This document shows, in pieces, positions 58,635 to 64,000 of a stretch of DNA of 64,000 bases. Where the stretch lies: contig NZ_JAYRDA010000006.1 of the NCBI RefSeq assembly GCF_041909655.1, positions 87,274 to 151,273 on the forward strand, given 5' to 3'. Positions within the stretch are counted from its first letter, which is position 1; every line of letters begins with the position of its first letter. The DNA comes from Dongia sp. GTDB taxonomy: Bacteria > Pseudomonadota > Alphaproteobacteria > Dongiales > Dongiaceae. Under the pieces are notes generated by a model. That model searched no databases and was not told where the DNA came from. It worked only from the letters and a program-made list of their open reading frames with translations. The translations under genes and the position numbers were made by a program.

Positions 58635-58943
58635 CTAGGGCGCTTTGAATTCGATTTCGACAAAGACAAACTCGTAATCGTTGGCGTTGATGACATTGTG
58701 TTCGACGCCAACCGGGCGATAATAGGACTTGCCGGCAGCGAGTTCGGCGATGCGCGTCTCCGTGCCGTCATCGATCTGAAGGCGCCCGGTTTTCATCGGC
58801 ACCACCACGTAATCATAGCCGTGACGGTGCCAGGTCGTCTCGGCGCCGGGCGCAAAGCGCCACTCGGTCACACAGACTCGGTCATTGTCCACCTGGACGG
58901 TACCGGTCGCGGCTGGGCGGGAAGACGTCGATTTGTTCGGCAT
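58635..58943 (-). CDS. Small cupin (BauB-like)
   Basis: VQVDNDRV.VTEWRFAPGAET.WHRHGYDYVVVP...GVEHNVIN; it is the C-terminus of shadow ORF 58635-61076. Confidence 0.85.
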   Translation of the reverse strand: MPNKSTSSRPAATGTVQVDNDRVCVTEWRFAPGAETTWHRHGYDYVVVPMKTGRLQIDDGTETRIAELAAGKSYYRPVGVEHNVINANDYEFVFVEIEFKAP

Positions 58944-59042
58944 GTGATGGGATTTCCATTGTGATTGGGGCCATTGAACCCTAGTCATGCCTCCGCTACA
59001 AGGCCCGCCTTTCGCTGATTGTACCGATTCGGGAGAAAACGC

Positions 59043-61364
59043 ATGATTTCCATCGAAGCCAGGATTGCCGCGGAGTTGAATGCGCGCGAAGCGCAGGTCC
59101 ACGCGGCGGTCGAATTGCTCGATGGTGGCGCCACGGTGCCTTTCATTTCCCGATATCGCAAGGAAGTCACAGGCGGCCTCGACGACACGCAACTCCGCAA
59201 ACTGGAAGAACGCCTCGGTTATCTGCGGGAGCTTGAAGATCGCCGCGCCGCCATCTTCAAGAGCATCGAGGAGCAGGGGAAGCTCACCGACGAACTCACC
59301 CGCGAGATCGCCACCGCCGACACCAAGGCGCGGCTCGAGGATCTCTATCTTCCCTACAAGCCCAAGCGCCGCACCAAGGCGCAGATCGCGCGCGAGGCCG
59401 GCCTCGAACCCCTGGCAGACCTGCTGCTCGGCGATCCGACCAAACAACCGCAGACGGAAGCCGCCGCCTATGTCGATGCGGAAAAAGGTGTGGCCGATGT
59501 GAAAGCGGCACTCGACGGCGCGCGCGATATCCTGGTCGAACGCTTCGCCGAGAATGCGGACCTCCTCGGGCGTCTCCGCGATTTCATGTGGGACAAGGCG
59601 CGCCTTGTTTCCAAGGTGATGGACGGCAAGGAAGACAAGGGCGCCAAGTTCTCCGACTACTTCGATGCTGCCGAGCCCATTTCCAAAGTTCCCTCGCATC
59701 GTGCACTCGCCATGTTCCGCGGCCAGAAGGAAGAATTCCTGGCGCTGAGCCTCGCCATCGACGAGCCGGAGGACCGCAAGGCGCTGAACGAGGCCGAGCG
59801 CGCTATCGCGGCGGCCGCGGGCATCGCCGATAAGGCCCGTGCCGCCGATGCCTGGCTGATCGATGTCGTGCATTGGTGCTGGCGCGTGAAGCTCAAGCTC
59901 AGCATCGAGCTCGATCTCATGGGCCGCCTGCGGCTTGTGGCGGAAGAGGAGGCAGTGCGCGTCTTTGCTTCCAATTTGAAGGACGTGCTGATGTCGGCCC
60001 CGGCCGGCGGACGCGCCACTCTGGGCCTCGATCCGGGCCTTCGCACCGGCTGCAAGGTCGCGGTCATCGCCGCCACGGGGAAGGTGCTGGAATTCGCGAC
60101 GATCTATCCGCATGAGCCGATGCGCAAATGGGATGAAGCGATCGCGATCCTTGCTGCCCTCTGCCACCGCCATAAACTCGAGCTGGTGGCGATCGGCAAT
60201 GGCACCGCAAGCCGCGAGACCGACAAGCTCGCCGACGATCTGATGAAGCGTCATCCGGAACTGAAGCTCACCAAGGTCATGGTCTCGGAAGCCGGCGCTT
60301 CCGTTTACTCCGCTTCGGAATATGCTTCGAAAGAACTTCCCGAACTCGACGTCACCATCCGCGGCGCCGTTTCGATTGCGCGGCGCTTGCAGGATCCGCT
60401 GGCTGAACTGGTGAAGATCGACCCGAAATCGATCGGCGTCGGGCAATACCAGCACGACATCGCCGAGTTCCGCCTTTCGAAGGCCCTGGATGCCGTGGTC
60501 GAGGATTGCGTGAACGCGGTCGGCGTCGAGGTCAACACCGCCTCGGCGAAATTGCTCGCCCGGGTCTCCGGCCTCGGCGATAGCCTGGCGCAGAACATCG
60601 TTTCGTTCCGCGATGCCAACGGTCCCTTCAAATCGCGCCAGCAATTGCTGCAGGTGCCACGTTTGGGGCCGAAGGCCTTTGAACAGGCGGCGGGCTTCCT
60701 GCGCATCCGCGATGGCGAGGATGCGCTCGACGCATCTTCCGTGCATCCCGAGGCCTATCCGGTCGTGCGCCGCATCCTCGCCGTCTCGGGCCGCGAGATG
60801 AGTGCGGTTATCGGCGATACCAAATTGCTGCGGAGCCTCAGCCCGGATCAATTCACCGACGAGACGTTCGGCGTTCCCACCGTGAGCGACATCCTCAAGG
60901 AATTGGAAAAGCCCGGCCGCGATCCGCGCCCCGAATTCAAGACGGCGACCTTCAAGGAAGGCGTCGAGGAGTTGAAGGATCTGCGCCCCGGCATGCAATT
61001 GGAAGGCGTCGTCACCAATGTGGCGGCCTTCGGGGCTTTCGTCGATATCGGCGTCCACCAGGACGGGTTGGTCCATGTCTCGGCGCTGGCCGATCGTTTC
61101 GTCAAGGACCCGCGCGAGGTGGTGAAGCCGGGCGATGTGGTCACCGTCCGCGTGGTCGAAGTCGACATTCCCCGGAAGCGCATTTCACTGACCATGCGTT
61201 CGGGCGAAGCGGCGGCGAAACCGCGCGAGCAGGGCGCGCCGAAAGACCGGCCGATGGGCAAGAACGAGCGCAAATTCATGCAGGACAACAAGCCGGCCCA
61301 GAAAAAGGATGCCGGCGACAACGCCCTCGCCGCCGCCTTCGCCAAGGCCGGGTTCAAGAAGTAG
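59043..61364 (+). CDS. tex: Tex family RNA-binding transcriptional accessory protein
   Basis: [44 protein letters not shown]1 [13 protein letters not shown]. Confidence 0.96.
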   Translation: MISIEARIAAELNAREAQVHAAVELLDGGATVPFISRYRKEVTGGLDDTQLRKLEERLGYLRELEDRRAAIFKSIEEQGKLTDELTREIATADTKARLEDLYLPYKPKRRTKAQIAREAGLEPLADLLLGDPTKQPQTEAAAYVDAEKGVADVKAALDGARDILVERFAENADLLGRLRDFMWDKARLVSKVMDGKEDKGAKFSDYFDAAEPISKVPSHRALAMFRGQKEEFLALSLAIDEPEDRKALNEAERAIAAAAGIADKARAADAWLIDVVHWCWRVKLKLSIELDLMGRLRLVAEEEAVRVFASNLKDVLMSAPAGGRATLGLDPGLRTGCKVAVIAATGKVLEFATIYPHEPMRKWDEAIAILAALCHRHKLELVAIGNGTASRETDKLADDLMKRHPELKLTKVMVSEAGASVYSASEYASKELPELDVTIRGAVSIARRLQDPLAELVKIDPKSIGVGQYQHDIAEFRLSKALDAVVEDCVNAVGVEVNTASAKLLARVSGLGDSLAQNIVSFRDANGPFKSRQQLLQVPRLGPKAFEQAAGFLRIRDGEDALDASSVHPEAYPVVRRILAVSGREMSAVIGDTKLLRSLSPDQFTDETFGVPTVSDILKELEKPGRDPRPEFKTATFKEGVEELKDLRPGMQLEGVVTNVAAFGAFVDIGVHQDGLVHVSALADRFVKDPREVVKPGDVVTVRVVEVDIPRKRISLTMRSGEAAAKPREQGAPKDRPMGKNERKFMQDNKPAQKKDAGDNALAAAFAKAGFKK

Positions 61365-61441
61365 GCCCTCTCGCCAATGTAACAACGGCAGGCTAGGCTC
61401 CTGCTCGCGGCCGATGGAGTCGGGTCGCAGGCGGGGGACGC

Positions 61442-62518
61442 TTGAGCAAGCTGCTGCTGATATCGCTGGGAAAGCTCAACGGCGCGATGCTGGAGGCGGC
61501 GGCGCGCGATGGGCGATTCCCGCATATCATCGTGGCGACGCGGAACGTGGCGGCGGCCCGGATGCGCGCCAATGCCGCCCGGATTGGTGCTGCCCTTGAG
61601 GGCGAATATCCCCGCATCGATGTGGTGGGCTTCGATTTCAATGCGCCCGAGGCGGCCGACGCCTTGCGCAAGATCCAACCCGATCTGATGCTGGCGGCAC
61701 CCACTTTGCTGCCCTGGTGGAAGCTCAGCGGTCACTCCAACCCGAAGGTGCGGGCCTTGCCCTTTGCCGGCTGGCTCGCCTGCCATCTGGCGCCAATGCT
61801 TGCCTTGCGCGCGGCCTGGGACAAGTCCGAACTGCATTGCCCCTGGGTCTCGGCGACCTATCCCGATGTGGTCAATGCGATCCTCCACATGACCGGGTCG
61901 GGCCCGAGCATCGGCATCGGCAATGTCAGCGAATGCCTGCCGAAGATCAGGTTCCTCGCCAGCCAGCATGCCAACGCGCCGGTTTCGGAACTCGCGATCA
62001 AGCTGGTGGGCAGCCATGCATTGTCCAATCTTTTCTATCGCGACGAGGCGGTGAAGGAATTGCCGCCCTTCCTGCTGCAGGTGCTTTGGCATGGTCATGA
62101 CATTTCGCTGGCTGTTAAGGACAAGCTGCGCAGCGTCAAAATGCCGGTCGTGCACGATCAGGAAATCAACCGCATCACCGCTTCCGCCGGGCTCGACGTG
62201 CTGGCAGCTCTTCTGAACGACGAGCCCCACGCCTTGCATGCACCCGCACCCAACGGTCTGGTCGGCGGCTATCCGGTGAAGATCAGCCGCAAGGGCGTTG
62301 CCATCGACCTGCCGCCGGAATGGCCGCTGGAACATGCGCTCGGCATCAACGCCTCGGCACTCACCTTCGACGGCATCAGCGCCATCGAAAAGGACGGCGG
62401 TGTGATCTTCACGGAGAAATGCGCAGCCGCTTTGAAGGCATTATTGGGTGAGGACTGGCCACGCTTGAAGCCGGACGATGCGCCGGCCATGGCCGCGAAA
62501 CTGATCGCCGCCATCTGA
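61442..62518 (+). CDS. Hypothetical Rossmann-fold protein with an LDH/MDH-like C-terminus
   Basis: N-terminal beta-alpha LLLISLGKLN, YPDVVN, GIGN, PNGLVGGYPV; TTG start. Confidence 0.65.
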   Translation: MSKLLLISLGKLNGAMLEAAARDGRFPHIIVATRNVAAARMRANAARIGAALEGEYPRIDVVGFDFNAPEAADALRKIQPDLMLAAPTLLPWWKLSGHSNPKVRALPFAGWLACHLAPMLALRAAWDKSELHCPWVSATYPDVVNAILHMTGSGPSIGIGNVSECLPKIRFLASQHANAPVSELAIKLVGSHALSNLFYRDEAVKELPPFLLQVLWHGHDISLAVKDKLRSVKMPVVHDQEINRITASAGLDVLAALLNDEPHALHAPAPNGLVGGYPVKISRKGVAIDLPPEWPLEHALGINASALTFDGISAIEKDGGVIFTEKCAAALKALLGEDWPRLKPDDAPAMAAKLIAAI

Positions 62519-62583
62519 CTCGTCCCAACCTGACGTTATGCCTGGGCATGACGTCGGAGGCGGAACGATGCTGGTGGGACCCC

Positions 62584-63513
62584 CTAGATTTCGGTCGCTT
62601 TCGCTTCTTCCAGGATCCAGTTGAGGAAGCTCTGCGCCTCCGGCCGTTTCAGCACGTCGGGGCGGTGCACGATGTAATAGGCGAAAGGTGTGACGATGCT
62701 CTTTTCGAAGGGGCAGAGCAGGCGCCCATCCGCGAGGAGATCTGCGACGGCGCCGGTGGTGCCGAGAGCAACACCTTGCCCCGCCACCGCGGCTTGCAGG
62801 CAGAGCGCGAAATCGGTGAAGTGGATGCCGCGCGAGGTGTCGACATCCTCGATCCCGGCGGCGCGCAGCCAGGCCGGCCAATCCGGCCAGATCACCGGCT
62901 GTCCGGTCCAGTCGAGATGAAGGAGGGTGTGGTGCTTGAGGTCGCCGGGCTCGGCCAGGGGGTGGCGCTCCAGCACGCGCGGGCTGAAGACCGGATAGAC
63001 CTCGTCGGCAAAGAGACGGTGCGCAGTGACGCCCGGCCAATCGCCGAGGCCGAAGCGGATGTCGAAATCGAAAGCTTCCGGCTCCATCTGCGCCCAACTG
63101 GTTGCCGTCTCCAGCACCACGTCGACGCTGTCCGGCCGCGCGCGGTAGCGCTGCAGCCGCGTCAGCAGCCAATTGGCGGCGAGTGCCGGGTCCTCGATCC
63201 GCAGGCGCAGCGACAGTCCCTTGAGACCCCGCCGCATGCGATCGGAAACACGTCCCAGCAGGCGAAAGGCGGTGGTGAGGTCGTCCTTCACCTCCTGGCC
63301 CATGCGCGTCAGCACCAGGCCGGTGCCCTGTCGCTGCACCAGGGTGGCGCCGATTTCCGCTTCCAGGGCCTTGACCTGCTGGCTCACGGCCCCGGGCGTC
63401 ACATGCAATTCCTCGGCCGCCTCGCGGACGCTGCCCAGGCGCGCCACGGCCTCGAAGGCGCGCAGCCCGGGGAGGGCGACAAGGCGGCGATAGGGGAGGG
63501 GAGGATTTAGCAT
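62584..63513 (-). CDS. LysR family regulator (GcvA-like)
   Basis: LPGLRAFEAVARLGSV..AAEELHVT.GAVSQQVK.LE, LQAAVAGQGVALG. Confidence 0.93.
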   Translation of the reverse strand: MLNPPLPYRRLVALPGLRAFEAVARLGSVREAAEELHVTPGAVSQQVKALEAEIGATLVQRQGTGLVLTRMGQEVKDDLTTAFRLLGRVSDRMRRGLKGLSLRLRIEDPALAANWLLTRLQRYRARPDSVDVVLETATSWAQMEPEAFDFDIRFGLGDWPGVTAHRLFADEVYPVFSPRVLERHPLAEPGDLKHHTLLHLDWTGQPVIWPDWPAWLRAAGIEDVDTSRGIHFTDFALCLQAAVAGQGVALGTTGAVADLLADGRLLCPFEKSIVTPFAYYIVHRPDVLKRPEAQSFLNWILEEAKATEI

Positions 63514-63519
63514 AGCTAA
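63507..63519. promoter_or_regulatory. LysR T-N11-A recognition site overlapping the regulator start codon
   Basis: TTAG-CATAG-CTAA palindrome at the edge of an AT-rich divergent spacer. Confidence 0.6.
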
Positions 63520-63679
63520 ATATATTCGTTACTACATATCGCGTGTCAATCGGCCTGTTCATCCCTATTTTCAGACCATGAGCGCAGATGTTCGAACCTC
63601 CTGAAAGGTCCGGACGACTGAGATGAGCTAAATAACTCGAGATTGCCGCGTGGCGGCAAAGAGATACCGGAGACGAACC

Positions 63680-63910
63680 ATGTTGACCCGCCTTTTCCTG
63701 CGCAGCCGCGCCAAAGCGATCTCCCCCAGCCTGGAAGTGATCCTGTCCGATTGCGACGACCATATGCTGAGCGATATGGGTTTGCTGCGCGATCCCGCGA
63801 ACCGGCTGATGCGTGCTCCGGCGGAATTCTACGCCTATGACACAACAAAATTCGGTCGTGGCGCCGCCAATGAATTCGCCAGTGAATTCGGGGGGCCGAA
63901 GGCGGCCTGA
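63680..63910 (+). CDS. Small DUF1127-like protein
   Basis: LSDCDDHMLSDMGLLR resembles the L..LDD.LL.DIGL.R core; GGAG Shine-Dalgarno; divergent from LysR. Confidence 0.65.
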   Translation: MLTRLFLRSRAKAISPSLEVILSDCDDHMLSDMGLLRDPANRLMRAPAEFYAYDTTKFGRGAANEFASEFGGPKAA

Positions 63911-64000
63911 GGGCTGCCGGAAAGCCTCGCGATACGGCCGGAATCGGCGTGATTCTGACCGACATCTCCCAAACTGCCCTGACTTCCGCCCGCCGTGCGT

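Noticed and set aside
58635-61076. 813-aa minus-strand ORF
   Set aside because: It is the antisense shadow of tex. Only the last 102 codons (the cupin, with its own ATG at 58943) look coding.
1-64000. tRNA, rRNA, prophage, integrase or toxin-antitoxin genes
   Set aside because: No matching sequence or protein motifs were seen in any intergenic region or ORF.

Overview
High-GC alphaproteobacterial chromosome segment; the gene content and the CtrA and FNR boxes suggest a Rhodospirillales-like organism, which is inference. About 70 protein genes, mostly housekeeping or metabolic: an HpcH aldolase-SDR fusion with a branched-chain-type ABC transporter, kynB-kynU, hisI, agmatinase flanked by two paralogous DMT transporters, argE, NAD kinase, moaA, alaS, folE, a TPP-riboswitch thiM-thiE-thiD-tenA operon, icd, psd-pssA, a sigF/nrsF-controlled bufferin-type (DUF2282/DUF692/DUF2063/DoxX) cluster, yajC-secD-secF, sodB, adhP, rpmG, rnr and tex. 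I saw no tRNA, rRNA, CRISPR array, integrase or transposase. The best candidate for something undescribed is a triple GACCA-hairpin (GAGA loop) leader upstream of the agmatinase gene. Also notable: three heterodimeric REP-like palindromes clustered at convergent gene ends, two divergent sigma-F-type promoters at the bufferin locus, a perfect CtrA box before a tiny tail-anchored protein, and an altered tRNA-recognition motif in AlaRS. All family calls come from motif recognition by eye, not database searches. Several start codons were moved from the ORF track to more plausible positions.
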